NCBI RefSeq assembly: GCF_036365525.1
Contig: NC_090389.1
Coordinates: 54,009,885 to 54,073,884, forward strand
DNA length: 64,000 nt
Direction of reading: 5' to 3'
DNA from: Heterodontus francisci
Taxonomy: Eukaryota
The notes beneath the pieces are model-generated. The model made no database searches, was not told the DNA's origin, and saw only the letters and a list, made by a program, of their open reading frames with translations. Both the position numbers and the translations under genes were made by a program. Every line of letters begins with the position of its first letter. The first letter of the stretch is position 1. Below are positions 1 to 12,889 of the stretch, piece after piece.

Positions 1-67
1 ACATTAGCTGTTAGATTTGTACAAAGCTGAAAATTGAAGTATAACTGTGGACGATGGTTTTTGAATA

Positions 68-399
68 TTTATTTAGAGATACAGCACTGAAACAGGCCCT
101 TCGGCCCACCGAGTCTGTGCCAACCATCAACCACCCATTTATACTAACCCTACACTAATCCCATATTCCTACCACATCCCCACCATTCCCCTACCACCTA
201 CCTATACTAGGGGCAATTTATAATGGCCAATTTACCTATCAACCTACAAGTCTTCGGCTGTGGGAGGAAACCGGAGCACCTGGCGGAAACCCACGCGGTC
301 ACAGGGAGAACTTGCAAACTCCGCACAGGTAGTACCCAGAATTTAACCCGGGTCGCTGGAGTTGTGAGGCTGCGGTGCTAACCACTGCGCCACTGTGCC
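68..399 (-). mobile_element. tRNA-derived V-SINE (HE1-like)
   Basis: Minus strand GGCACAGTGGCGCAGTGGTTAGCAC (A box), B-box-like GGTTAAATTC, V-domain GGTTTCCTCCCAC, and CR1-type tail GGGCCGAAGGGCCTGTTTCAGTGCTGTATCTCTAAATAAA. Five more copies occur in the window. Confidence 0.9.
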
Positions 400-1289
400 A
401 AAGACAAAGCAAAGTCTGAAATGAGATCAAAAAAGAAATGGCGTAAAGGTTCAGTCAGTACCTGAAAGAGAGAGACATGTTAACATTTTAGTTTAAATCT
501 TCGTCAGAATTGTGTTCTGTTGCTTTGGTTTTCATTTACCCAAGTAATGCCAAAGAAAAGAGTTCTGGGTTCAAGTTGAATTCCAGCATGGTCAACTATT
601 TCAGTACTGTTGAGCAATGAAACCAAGCATGTCTGCTGCTCCAATATTTAGGCCGGAATTTTATGGGCCATTTAGAGCATGTTTGGAGGTGGGTGGGGGT
701 GGGGGCTTTAAAATGGGAACGGACCACATTTGGCCAGAAGTCTGTCATCTTTTACCAATGGCAGGAACCATGGAGGGCAGACTTCTGGCATTGAGGCAGC
801 AGGACACCAATTAAGGTACTTGAAAGGCCAATTAACTGCAATTTTACAGCGCCTTTCTCATTTTACTGATGGCTCATGGGGACCACAGGGCTTCGGAACC
901 CCGCCTGGTTAAACGAAGCATGCAAGGAAGTGTACGCTAAGGACTGGCTATCTTACAAAGTCACCGGGAGAGCCAGCATGTGGTGGCAGGAGGGATGATG
1001 CACATAGAGAACTGCCAGACAATGGCAGAAGGGGGAGAAGGTGCCAGGATTAGGGGCATGTTGCCAGGGTCACATGGGGCAGTGGCACTTACTCTGAGGA
1101 CAGGATTCACAAATGTGTTTTGCGGGGGGGCATGAGGATTGAAGGCCTAGGAATAACAGGGAGGCCACCTGCCATGGGCCTCATTCACCCAGTCCTCGGG
1201 GTCCCCGTTGAGGAGGAGGGAGGTCCAGGCACATCAGCAATCTCAGGACCAGCAAAGCCAGCCTCAGGGTGGGCATGGTGCAGAAAGAT

Positions 1290-2380
1290 GCAGAGGGGCA
1301 CGTCAACAGACACCTGTGCACTGAAGCGGCTATCCCCAGGAGACAGTGTAGCACCCAAGACTGAATTTTCTCGAAATGTCTGAGCAGCAGTGTCAACAGA
1401 GATTGCGGCTCTCCAGGGAGGCCATCACTGATCTCTGCACCCTGCTGCAGGATGAACTGCAATCAATGGGGGTTGGTGAACGCCCAATTCCAGTGGCTCT
1501 GAAGATCACCATGGCTCTCAACTTCTACACCTCCGGCTCTTTCCAAGGATCCGCTGGGGACATCACATGTGGAATCTCCCCATCTGCAGCCCATCAGTGC
1601 ATCAAGGAGGTGACAAATGCCATGTTTAAGAGGGCTGGTGACATTGTGCGCTACAGCACCGATCAAAAAAGTCAGGCGGAGATGTTTATCAGCTTCGGGG
1701 CCATCACTGGATTCCCCCGGGCGCAGGGTGTCATCAACTGCACACTTGTGGCCATCAAAGGTCCCACAGACCAGCCACTGCCCTCATCAACAGAAAGGGC
1801 TACCACTTGCTCAATGTACAACTGGTCTGCGACACTGCAGACAGATCTTGCAGGTGCGTGCATGGTTCCCCGGAAGCAGCCATGAGGCGTACATATTTCA
1901 GCAGTCCCAGGTGCCTCAGCTTTTCCGGCCCCCTGTGCCCCTTCAGGGATGGATGCTGGGAGATGAAGGCTACCCACTGAAGGCATGGCTACTCACGCCT
2001 GTGAGGAACCCATGCACAGATACAGAGAAGAGGTACATAACCTGCCATTGGTCAACCTGAGTGACCATCGAGCAGACCATTGGGCTTCTGAAAATGCAAT
2101 TCAAGTGCTTAGACCAATCCGGTAGAACTCTTCAGTATGCTCCAGTAAGTGTCTCATGTATCGTGGTGGTCTGCTGTGCACTGCACAACCTAGCTCTACA
2201 GAGGGAGTGAGGCATTGAACAAAAGGACATCGCTGATTGCGATGCCTCTTCCGACGATGAGGATGTGGAGGAGCCAGCTAATCATGCGATGCAAGATGAG
2301 GGACACTTTGGACCACAGGCAAGGTGCAGTGAGGTACGCACAAGGGAGGCTTGGGACACCTTAAAAGAGAACCATTTTCT
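1290..2380 (+). pseudogene. Harbinger (HARBI1-like DDE) transposase, frameshifted
   Basis: ORFs 1376-1885 and 1617-2060 plus downstream sequence give RLRLSRE, FYTSGSFQ, GFPRAQGVINCT, RKGYH, FPGSSHE, LGDEGYPL, IEQTIGLLK and CCALHN, with stops and frameshifts. Confidence 0.88.
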
Positions 2381-2936
2381 GTGACCCTTCTGCCCTTTCA
2401 GAAAGTTCCAATTAAACCTTGCCTTTAATCAGTTCTGCTGTTGCCTCCTTCATTATGCACTTCAACACCCAGGTACACAGCACACAGTGGCAAGGCTGAG
2501 GAGCTGAACGAATGTGCCTTTGTCCATCACTTCAAGCCCATTGAGGGAGTAGGGGTGTAGATGAGATCTCACAGGGCAGCAGGAATTGGAATGAGAAGCA
2601 GCAACAGCGAGCGCAAGACTTATTGAGCTGCACAATAGAAATGAGACTTAATGTCTGCAGATTGTAATCACCCATAAACCCCAAGTGCAGTTAGCTGCCC
2701 TTCTTAACTCTTACGAGTGCTTTTATGAGTTGCTCTCCCTGCAGTTGTAGCTGAGGTGGAGGCAAGCTGCTGAACGTGCTGGCCAGTGACTTGGGATGAC
2801 CTTGCGGCCGTCCTCTTGCTGCCTGAGGCTTGGAGGACCCTAGCATGCTGAAGGGCTCCTACACAGGTACAGGATCCACCTTTGTCGTCACAGTTACTTG
2901 AGGTGATGGTGTCACTGACAAAGGGGCCAGGAGCGC

Positions 2937-3895
2937 TGTTACAGTCAGGTAAAGAGGGGGTCCCAGGCTCCTCTCTTGTCCTTCCTCTTATTTGACCGCA
3001 ACAGGGTTTAGTCCTTTTTAAACAGCGGTTGTGCTTATCACCTCTGAGTGTTTTAACTTTTACCTTCAATGTGATCATGAAAGAACCAATCGGACAGGTT
3101 TCCTTGAGTTTATACAAGAAAGAGGTGAGTTTAGTATACTTAACAATCTAAACCCAATCTAAAAAAAAAATTACGCTACACATTGACACACACATTGACA
3201 CGAGATTCATACACAGACAAATGGGTTACAGAGGGGAAAGTACATTTTGTAGTTGGATTAGAGTCCAGAATAAAAGGAAATTAAATACACAGTCTGTGAA
3301 GTTGGATGATTCAGTGGTCTTCCGGATGAAGTTGTATTCTTGAAGTCTTTGGCTGGTCAAAGTGCACTTTGTGGCTGGCCCACTGGCTTTCTCGGAGGCA
3401 GACTTGTAGATGGCTCTCTTCCCCGGTCTCTGTCTGGAGCAATCTATAGGTTTGGATGGTCTACAGTCACAGACGGGGTTCAAACTTGTGTTATCTGGAG
3501 AGAGAGAGGGAAAGGCACACAGCCTTTCTCCTGCTGCACAGTCTGAGTGACTGCCCTTCTATCTTTGTTCAAGGAAACCTTTAGCTTCCACAGAGATGGA
3601 CAGACAGTCCCATGACTGCCTCAGTTTATTCACTGGAACCTTCAAAGATCTTCAAGGTTCAGAATTGGCTCCCCAGGCCCCAGGATGTTACACTTGGAGG
3701 GAGTTTGCTCTTTCAAAATCAAGGTGTTAGGATTGCCTTGAATGCAGTGCTAATGAAGCAATTTTAGGGAATTCCATCACCTAGAGCAAGCCATTGTTCT
3801 GGGTCCAAGCTCCTCAGACCTCTGTCTCCAGTTGGGTATTTGGAATGTGAAAAGGTATTTCAGATGCAAATTGCGGTGCCCATCTTGGCTGCCAG
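2937..3895 (-). mobile_element. Gypsy-type LTR, truncated
   Basis: Begins TGTTACAG. Shares the terminal hairpin and GAAACCTGT..TTCTTT blocks with LTRs at 32373, 52621 and 59075. Cut off by CR1. Confidence 0.65.
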
Positions 3896-4746
3896 CTTAA
3901 ATCTATGCCCCCTGGTTATTGACCACGCCACAAAGGGAAAAAGTTTCTTCCTATCTAACCTATCAATGCCCCTCAAAATTTTGTATACCTCAATCATGTC
4001 CTCCCTCAGCCTTCTCTGCTCTAAGGAAAATGACCCTAGCCTTTTCAGTCTCTCTTCACAGCTGAAACGCTCCAGCCCAGGCAACATCCTGGTGAATCTC
4101 CTCTACACCCTCTCCAGTGCAATCACATCCTTCCCATAGTGTGGGGCCCAGAACTGTACACAGTACTCCAGCTGTGGCCTAACTAGCGTTTTATACAGTT
4201 CCATCATAACCTCCCTGCTCTTTTATTCTATGCCTTGGCTAATAAAGGCAAATATCCCATATGCTTTCCTAACCACCTTATCTACCTGTGCTGCTGCCTT
4301 CAGTGATCTATGGACAAGTACACCAAGGTCCCTCTGACCTTCTGTACTTCCTAGGGTCCTACCATCCATTGTATATTCCCTTGCCTTGTTAGTCCTCCCA
4401 AAATGCATCACCTCACACGTCTGAGGATTAAATTCCATTTGCCACTGCTCCACCCATCTTACCAGCCCATCTATATCGTCCTGTCATCTAAGGCTTTCTT
4501 CCTCACTATTTACGACACCACCAATTTTCTTGTCATCCACGAACTTACTGATCATACCTCCTAGATTTACATCTAAATCATTAATGTACACTACAAATTG
4601 AATTATTATCTGAAAAGGAAGAATGTACTGAGCTACAGGGAGAAGGATGGGGAGTGGCACTAGGTGAAATGCTGTTTCGGAGAGCCAGTGCAGACCCAAC
4701 GGGCCAAATGGCCTCCTTCTGTGCCGTAACAATTATGTGATTCTGT
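3896..4746. mobile_element. CR1 LINE fragments: RT C-terminus on - (3896-4597) joined to a 3' tail on + (4598-4746)
   Basis: ORFs YINDLD..SKFVDD, WQMEFN..CEVMHFG, TRGHRFK. Tail GGGCCAAATGGCCTCCTTCTGTG. Confidence 0.8.
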
Positions 4747-4779
4747 CATTCTGGAATGATGTAATGCTGCACCTTCTGA

Positions 4780-5560
4780 GGATCCCTCCTCCTCCTCAGA
4801 GGCGACTAGTCCCCGGTCTCTCGTACTCTTCGTGCCCCGGCTTGACCCTGACGTGCATGACAGAACATAAACACTTAAGCATTAAGGGATTCCCATTTCC
4901 TTTTGCCCTGCCAATTCCAAGGCCTCTGCTTCTATGGGGGTCCGATGTGGAGGTACAGCACCCTCTGCCGGTCTTGGCTCTTTCTTTGTTGTGCACAGTG
5001 TTCCACTGCAAGCACAAGAAGCAAGAATGTTAGTTTCCCAACAGAGACAAGCACAAAGTAAATGCTGGTGGGGGCTCAGCAGACTATGATGGGGGGCACA
5101 AATGCCACCTGCATATGGCCACTCTCGAGGGAACTTGTAGAGGTCAGCAAAGACAGACAGGCAGGCGCTTCTCACCAAGAAGCAGCCATGCCTCTGACAG
5201 GATATGCTGCTGCCCAACCCCATTGCCACGGACTGGGTGGTCACTCCCTCTCTACCAAGCGCATCCTCTTGCTTTGCCACATGCAAACCCCAAAGGGAAA
5301 AGTGGTATGGAGTACTCACCTTGGTACACCAGGTAAGGTCATTGATGCACTTGCGGCATTTATTCCAGGTTTGGGAGGTGACCCCATGACTGCTGACATC
5401 TTCTGTGATCTCCATCCAGGCTTACTTGGTCAGTTGCGGTCCTCTCCTCGTGTCCCTGGGGAAGAGGATCTCTCACCTTGCCCTTGCAGCCTGGAGGAGA
5501 ACCTTCAGGGAGGCATCGCTGAACTGTGGGGTCACCTGGGATCTTCCTCTGGCACTGAAA
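4780..5560 (-). pseudogene. Harbinger Myb/SANT-like DNA-binding gene (exons 1-2); C-terminal remnant at 2704-2936
   Basis: FSDASLKVLL..AWMEITEDVSS..TWNKCRKCINDL, then a GT-AG intron at 5006-5319, then HNKERAKTGRG. Confidence 0.75.
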
Positions 5561-6446
5561 ATTAACTTTTGCAAGTGTGGAGTCTCATTATTACAGGTTT
5601 TAATTGGTATTGGAGATACTAAAAATTTTACTTTCTCACTTTTCCTTTTCTCTCTTTTTCCTCTCTCTTAATCCAATGTTTCTTTCCCTCTCTTTATTTC
5701 TCTTTCTCCACCTGATTTGACATGAATTCACCATTCTAACTTATACTTCCTTCTCAGTCCTTGCATTGTTAATTTCACAATCCTTCAATCTGATTGGTTA
5801 CAGAGATACACAGGCGCTTGCCCAGTTCACTCTTACTTCACCTGGACTCCTTTTGTTCCCTATTCTTGAGTCAACCTGGCAAGAACCTTGACAAAGGGAC
5901 TTCTGTGTAGCTGAATGTGCATCTGAGCTAATCATGCATAAAGACTTTTACCTAAAACATAGTGAGAAGCTGTGGAACATGATTTATGCCCTTTGTGAAC
6001 CCTGTCAGCATAATTGACTCCTGACATGTTGATTGGCAGTTATGCCAGTGCCGTTTGTTTGCGTAAAAATGACACATCGCTGTAGCTGCAAAATTCCCAA
6101 TTAACAATATTTTTAAAACTGAGCAAGACCATAGGCTAGAAATTGCCAGTGAGCAGCATGCTGGCATGAACAAAATTTTTGCATTGGATGTTGGGCCACT
6201 GCAATCCTGTTAATGACCCTCATATAAGTGTTGAGAGCAGGGATCAGTTGGCAGGGTGAGGAGGGGGCCAAGCAGCAGTAGACAATGATCATTGGTATTG
6301 TAGTGGAAACAAGAGAAGTACTCCTCATGGCTCCACATTAAGGTGCATATTTTTTAACAAGCTTTGCTTTCAGTGGCAGCGTCCTATTGGTTAGGCCAGT
6401 TCTAGGTTCAAGGCAGACCAATTTTAAAAAGCGGGCCTCAAATAGG

Positions 6447-7062
6447 TAAAAACAGAAAATTCTGGAAATAATCAGCAGGTCAGACAACATCTGTGGAGAG
6501 AGAAGCAAAGTTAACATTTAAGGTCAATGACCTTTCATCACAACTGGGAAAGGTTAGAGATGTAATAGGTTTTAAACAAGTGAATTTGGGGAGGGGGAAA
6601 GAACAAAGGGAAGGTTTGAGGGTGGAAGACAGGAGAGATTAAATGGCAAAAGGGTTGGTGGTGCAAGGCCAAAAGGAGTGGTAATGCGACACGTAAAAGA
6701 AACACAAGCTTGATCCAGACAAATAGCAGAATAATGAACAGCTACTGTCCGAAAGCAAAATACGGAGATAAATGAGAGTAAAACCAAAACCAGCAAAGAG
6801 AAAACAAATTCGAGCAGAGGTTACGGTGTAAAATTGTTGAACTCAGTGTTGAGTCCGAAAGTCTGTAAAGTGCCTTATCGAAAGATGAGGTGCTTTTCCT
6901 CAAGCTTGTGTTGAGCTTCATTGGAACACTGCTGAAGGCTGAGGAAAGAGAGGTCAGAATGAGAGCCAGGTGGAGAATTAAAATGACAGGCGACCTGAAG
7001 CTCAGAGTCACACTTATAGACTGAACGGAAATGTTTCGCTAAGCAGTCACCCAATCCTCAAA
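6447..7062 (-). mobile_element. Penelope-like retroelement 3' fragment (GIY-YIG C-terminus and UTR)
   Basis: Minus-strand translation LGDCLAKHFRSV..VACHFNSP..KLEEKHLIFR*GTLQTFGLNTEFNNF. Confidence 0.75.
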
Positions 7063-7304
7063 CAGGTGATGGGTCCCTTATTTGCAGATACAAAGTGTCT
7101 AATGCTTGTTTCAAGCACTGTCCCTGGACTCTTCTTTTTCTGCCTTTACCAATATGGCAGGCAGCGTACTCTCAGCACAGCATCTATGCCACTTTGGATG
7201 CTTTCGCCCCCATTTTACACCAGGTAAAACAGGTATGACATCAACCTTGGCATTTTTGAGTTACGAAGAGAATATTATAAATGGTTTGTTTTATGCATTT
7301 ACAG

Positions 7305-7428
7305 ATTCAAAAGTTAAGAAGCCCGTCTGTGGAATGGAAACACCTTGTCCTGCGGACCAGTTTTCATTTAGAATCATAAGCGGGGCAGCTAATGTTGTCG
7401 GACCCACCATTTGTTTTAATAATAAAAT
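7305..7428 (+). CDS. FAM3D: FAM3-family (ILEI domain) protein, internal coding exon (first exon visible in the window)
   Basis: Acceptor tttacag, donor gtgagt. Encodes xSKVKKPVCGMETPCPADQFSFRIISGAANVVGPTICFNNK; SGAANVVGP..C is the FAM3 signature. Family assignment is secure. The paralogue call (D versus A or C) is inferred from GPTICF and ASFDDPATKM and is less certain. Confidence 0.9.
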
Positions 7429-8191
7429 GTGAGTAAACAATGCTGTAACCAGATTGTAAACATTCTTTGGATTATAAACCTCCCACATGTTTTGTGGAAT
7501 AGACTGTTTTAAATCTAATGTTTGCCGCTTAATTGTTTATTTCTGTGCTTACAAAGGTCCGATTAAATGACTAAAATCATGGGGTAATTTGTTCATTCAC
7601 CTGTGAGCTTCAATAAAGCAATTGAAATGCAAAAGCAAGTTAGATACAACTACTCTTTGCATTATGGAAAGAATCTTACTGATACTCCAAAAATGATAAA
7701 ATGCTTGTCATTGTCACAGGCCATTAAGTGATATTGTCAAGTAATACTTTTACATTTTCTTTTAACTTCCCTTCCCACTTTTTCCACATTGAGGAATTAT
7801 TTGCTCTTCAATTTCATCTGAGAAACTACTAGGCCTCTACTCGGTACTTCTCTTTAAAAGCTCAGACAAGATTAGGAACTTGTCATGTTTGGATAGAAGT
7901 GAGCAGACCAGTTAATTCAGAAGCCAGTGTATTGATAGTGCACTAGCATCTGTGTGAATGCAGGATAGTCCCTGGTACCGGCAGCATACTGAGTTCCCCA
8001 CTTCACTCGAGCTGTCATGGGAAGGGGACAAGTGAATATGAGTGTTTATCAAGAAGAGGAAAGGTAGAGATCAAAGAAAAAGTCCATTTGTGCCATACCT
8101 AGCCATTCCTTTTGGAGCAACATTAGCAAAAGCCTGTCAATCTGTCATCACCAGCATGTGGATGGCCCTACAACAACAACAATAACTATGA

Positions 8192-8330
8192 TAATAAAAG
8201 CAAAATGCTGCAGATGCTGGAAATCTGAAATAAAAACGAGAAATGCTGGAAATACTCAGCAGGTTTGGCAGCATCTGTGGAGAGAGAGAAGCTGAGTTAA
8301 CGTTTCAGGTCAGTGACCCTTCTTTTGAAC
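8192..8330 (-). mobile_element. Short Penelope-related terminal fragment
   Basis: Shares the GCTGGAAATACTCAGCAGG..GCAGCATCTGTGGAGAGAGA..GTTAAC block with 6447, 35354 and 45440. Confidence 0.65.
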
Positions 8331-8479
8331 AATAACTACGACTTACATTTATATAGCATCGTTAATGTAGTAAAGCACCCCACGTAAGAACAGATGACCA
8401 AAAGGTATGCTTTAAGGAATATCTTAAAGGAGGAAGGAGAGTCGTGTGAGTTGTTCAACTTTAGACCCAAATAGGATAG

Positions 8480-9172
8480 ATCAGAGTACTTTGGAAATGA
8501 CATGAACAGGTACAGAAAGTAATTAAAAAGGCTAATGGAATACTTTAGTTTATATCTAGAGGACTAAACTACAAGTGGATAGAAATTATGCTACAGCTAT
8601 ATAAAGCCCTATTTAGACCACACCTGGAGTGCTGTGTTCTGTTCTGGGCACCACACCTTAAGAAAGATATATTGGCCCTGGAGGAAGTGCAGTGTGAAGT
8701 ACCAGAATGATGCCAGGACTCCAAGGGTTAAATTACAAAGAGGGATTACACAAACTAGAGTTGTATTCCCCAGAATTTAGAAGGTTAAGGGGTGAATTAA
8801 TCAAAGTTGTCAAGAAATTAAGGGGAACTGATAGGGTAGGGGGAAATAAACTATTTCTGCTGGTTGAGGAGTCTTTGACTGGGGACATAGCCTAAAACTT
8901 AGAGTCAGATCTTTCAGGAGTGTAGTTAGGAAACACATCTACATGCAAAGAGTGGTAGAAGTATGGAACTCTCTTCCGCAAATGGCAGTTGATGCTTGGT
9001 CAATTGTTAATTTTAAAGCTGAAATGAATAGATTTCAGCTAACCAAAGGTATTAAGAGATATGGGGCAAAGGTGGGCACTTGGAATTAGGTCACAGATCA
9101 GCCATAATCTTATGAACAGAGGAATAGGCTTGAGGGGCTAAATGGGCTACTCCTGTTCCTATCTTCCTAGGT
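8480..9172 (+). mobile_element. 5'-truncated CR1 LINE
   Basis: LQLYKAL.RPHLE and RRLRGELI motifs, plus CR1 3' tail GGGCTACTCCTGTTCCTAT. Confidence 0.8.
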
Positions 9173-10127
9173 CCTGTATTCCTATTAGTTGGTGTGACAT
9201 CTACTGAGGCCTTTTTAAGGCTGTATTAAAAAGGTAGCCCAAAACTCCCCCTGACATGCCTTCTTCATGTAGGGAGGGTGGGAGTTAGGTTGATCTTGCC
9301 CATCCCACCAGAATGGTGACTGATGCGTTGTTAAGCAGCTTACTGTGCATTGTTCACTTATTCCCACATTAAATATCTATCGGAGCAGAACTACAGCATC
9401 CACACTGCTGGATTTCCTACAGTACAGAAGATCAATGATGGCACTCACATAGGTGAGTAGCAGGTTACTGCTACTTTTCTGGCAGTTCATTTGTTCCTTT
9501 TCATCTGGGCAATGACTTATGTGTTGCTACCTCTTCAAGCTCACTACCTACATAATCCAAGGTGAGTGTAGCTGTGCTGATGATTGTGAAGATTGTTGAG
9601 AGTGATATTGTGCTGATTTGTTCAGGGCCACTTGATGCCAGAAATGTTTTTAAAAATCATTTGTATATCAATACTAGTTCATTTCCCATGGCATTGCTCA
9701 TGCTGAGTCAGAAAGCACATTGTTTCTGAGGGTGTTTTATTTGAGAGGACATGAAAATTAAGAAAATGAAGGGTAAACTGCATACTGAGGAACAATAAAC
9801 AATTTTAATATTTGTTCATGGATTACGATCCTTGCCTTCATCTGGAGCAGGCCACTGAGTGTGCACCCCAAAATGTATATAAATAAGTATGGTAAATCAG
9901 CATAGGAAATGTCAGCGATGGCTAAACTCCAGCCTGCAGGGCACTCAGGAATTTCAGTATTCATTAAAACATTAATAAGGGCCAAGGGAAAATGGAGAAT
10001 TCTGCCAACAAATAATTTGAGTATAACTGTGTCCACAGTCCTGAAACCTACAGTAACAGGGAGGAAATACTCAATAGAATGTCAGCAAAAATAAAGAAGG
10101 GAGAGGCTGGCTCTGATTGACATGGAT

Positions 10128-10444
10128 TTCTTTATTTAGAGATACAGCACTGAAACAGGCCCTTCGGCCCACTGAGTCTGTGCCGACCGAGAACCACCCA
10201 TTTATACTAACCCTACAGTAATCCCATATTCCCTACCACCTACCTACACTAGGGGCAATTTACAATGGCCAATTTACTTATCACCTGCAAGTCTTTGGCG
10301 GTGGGAGGAAACCAGAGCACCCGGCGAAAACCCACGCGGTCAAAGGGAGAACTTGCAAACTCCGCACAGGCAGTACCCAGAATTGAACGCGGGTCCCTGG
10401 AGCTGTGAGGCTGCAGTGCTAACCACTGCGCCACTGTGCCGCCC
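10128..10444 (-). mobile_element. V-SINE (HE1-like)
   Basis: Near-identical to the copy at 68-399. Confidence 0.9.
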
Positions 10445-10875
10445 TGAAACCAACTGGAAAATAACAAAGCATCGGTAACCAAACCAAGTAGCGAGCTTAA
10501 ATCTCTGGGCAGGTAAACCAAATCAAGGCTCAGGCTCCCGACATCAGAATAGGCTTTCCAAAATAAAAACTTTCCCAGAGAGTTACACCATTGTACAGGT
10601 AGATCGTGAGTCAAAGTGAGCGAGCATTTCCAATCCTGACCACTACACAGTAACCTCTCCTGAAAGGTGCACGTTTGTCGATGTTGGATGAAAACAGGAT
10701 AGCATGTGGATATAATGCACTCCTCTCTCCAAGGTCAAATAGTCTGTTGGTGCTTAAGCATTTAGTCTAGCAGACAAAGACTATTATGTAGACACTGCAC
10801 AAATCATAAGTTCAAGATCTTGGTAAAAATGTCTGCTTGCTGTTTGAGATGTCTCTTTCTTTTCCCTTCCTATAG

Positions 10876-10934
10876 ACTCATGAGTGGAATATTGAATAAC
10901 ATTGGAAAAGGATTAAACATTGCTGTGGTCAATG
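10876..10934 (+). CDS. FAM3D: FAM3-family coding exon (59 bp)
   Basis: cctatag|A CTC ATG ... AAT G|gtgagt. Encodes (I)LMSGILNNIGKGLNIAVVN. Phase 2 in, phase 1 out, compatible with neighbouring exons. Confidence 0.92.
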
Positions 10935-11039
10935 GTGAGTAGATTGTCTGAGAACATATAATCAGTAAATACTCCTATAGCTTCATATTGCCAAATTATA
11001 ATGTCTGATATGTAATGTAGATGTCTCTTTATTCTACAG

Positions 11040-11090
11040 CTTCATCTGGCAATCTATTAAGGAGTGACTTTTTTGACATGTGGACTGGAA
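11040..11090 (+). CDS. FAM3D: FAM3-family coding exon (51 bp)
   Basis: ttctacag|...|gtaaga. Encodes (A)SSGNLLRSDFFDMWTG, containing the FDM motif of the ILEI domain. Confidence 0.92.
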
Positions 11091-11372
11091 GTAAGACATT
11101 TTAAAAATTTAACAGAATTTGCTTTGATTTAGCCCAAATATTTTGAGCTCTACACAAATGGAAATGTAATCCCCCCAATCTCTCGTCTTTCATTCATTGC
11201 TAGAATTTGTTGGGGGAGTTGGGGGAAGGGGAAAGGTAAATTCAATACAAATGAAAACAGAAGATAACGATTTAAATATCAATTACTATCTAAATGCAAA
11301 GCAAGGAACAGATGCACATATAAGAAAAATAAATTAATAAAAGTAAGAAAATACTTATTTCCGTTCTTCCAG

Positions 11373-11457
11373 ATGTTAAGCTGCTGTTGGATTTCTTGAA
11401 TCTGGTAAAACCTGGCAATATTGTTTTTCTTGCTTCTTTCGATGATCCAGCAACAAA
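11373..11457 (+). CDS. FAM3D: FAM3-family coding exon (85 bp)
   Basis: ttcttccag|...|gtaagt. Encodes (N)VKLLLDFLNLVKPGNIVFLASFDDPAT(K). Confidence 0.92.
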
Positions 11458-12889
11458 GTAAGTAATGGCAACTGTTTGGATGTTATACGTTATGGGTTAT
11501 GGTGCCATGACCTCATGACTTGTGTAAATCTACGTAAGTCCACATCATGTGATCTGGTTCTCATTTGTTTTGCTGCGTCCTCATCATGTGTGTAAATTTG
11601 GGGTAAATAACACAGACTCATCCACGCTACACTAAGCATTAAATGAATAAATGCAGGAGAAACCATTTACAACAAAATCAGTAAAAACAACAAATCCTTT
11701 GCAACAAAGTTATTCCAGGGTGCAAACTTTTTTCTCCTACTTTTTTTTACCTACAGGAAAACCTTTTATAATAAAGCATAATGAATGACTGCTACTGTTT
11801 CTATCCCTGCAACACTGCTGCATCTCTCCATCTGTCTGTATCTGCTCCGATGCTCTGAAGGAGGTTACCAGCTGAGACAGCAAGCTGCTAATTTGAATTA
11901 AGCACGTACTGCACCACATTTAAAGTGCTCTTGAACAGCATGCACACTTAATTCTCATTGGCTGGTTATCGTACTTGCTGGAAACTTCCTCCAGAACATT
12001 GGCATACAAGCTGGTAGGTGGGGAAAAGCAGCAGCTTTGAATGATCGGGTTAGAAGTGTCAGCTAAGTATTAAAATAATAAAAACCATTGCTAACTAATT
12101 AATGCCTTTGTCTGTAGCCACTTTGCAATCAGTAGGTTACACTGTCTTCCATCGATTTTAACATCAGTGTCAGAACAGGAAGGGAAGGATGTTTTTGCCA
12201 AGCAACGAGTAAAGGATGGACTGGAAACTTCAAGTGCTGATGAAACCCTCCCATAAAAGTCATACTATTTACCTACTGTGCAGATCTGGAGTGAAAATGC
12301 CCGTATAAAAAGTGCAAGCTTTAAAGGCCTTGTTTCCAGACACTCACTGTAAGGCCAAGCACCAACAGTTCAAGGGGAGGGGAGAAAATGATTAAACATG
12401 GTGAAATTACAGTTGCTTTTACATTGGCATCATTTAATTTGGATGTCACTGAATCGTCTACGTGCCATATTTCTAACTTCATCTTAGGGTTCCTTACTCT
12501 AAAAGGTAGCTTATAGATTCAGATTTTTAAAATTGATTTATTTATCTGCTACCAAGATATGGGAGCCAGATTCAAGAGGGTAAATGACACCTCGATGCCA
12601 GTATCCTGGAACCAAATTAAATAGTGCCAATATATAAGCAACTTAAGTTTGCATAAACGCTACTGTATAGCAAGTTGATAATATTTGTACTTGGGTTATT
12701 AGGATTAAATTACAGCCTCTGTGTGAATTCTATGTTATACAAATTTGCAAATGGTTTTTATAAGCATGTGGATAAGTCACATGCCACAACTGCAGTGTTG
12801 GATGAGATGAAACTTCCTCCAGCTAATCTATGGAAAGATCAACTCCATATCTTCAGCCTCCACCACAAACTCAGTAACCTAATTATTAA

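Larger units (their letters stand above)
651..5560. mobile_element. Decayed PIF/Harbinger DNA transposon 1 (transposase on +, Myb/SANT gene on -), interrupted by LTR and CR1 insertions
   Basis: TTA|GGCCGGAATTTT terminus at 651, with convergent transposase and Myb-like genes. Right end not located. Confidence 0.75.

Noticed and set aside
510-610. Candidate upstream FAM3 exon after a pyrimidine tract (ttcatttacccaag)
   Set aside because: No convincing donor site or signal-anchor coding sequence; the 5' exons probably lie outside the window or are too small to see.
1376-2060. Domesticated HARBI1 host gene
   Set aside because: Frameshifts, stops and altered catalytic motifs, plus linkage to a TIR-like end and a Myb partner, mark it as a dead transposon.
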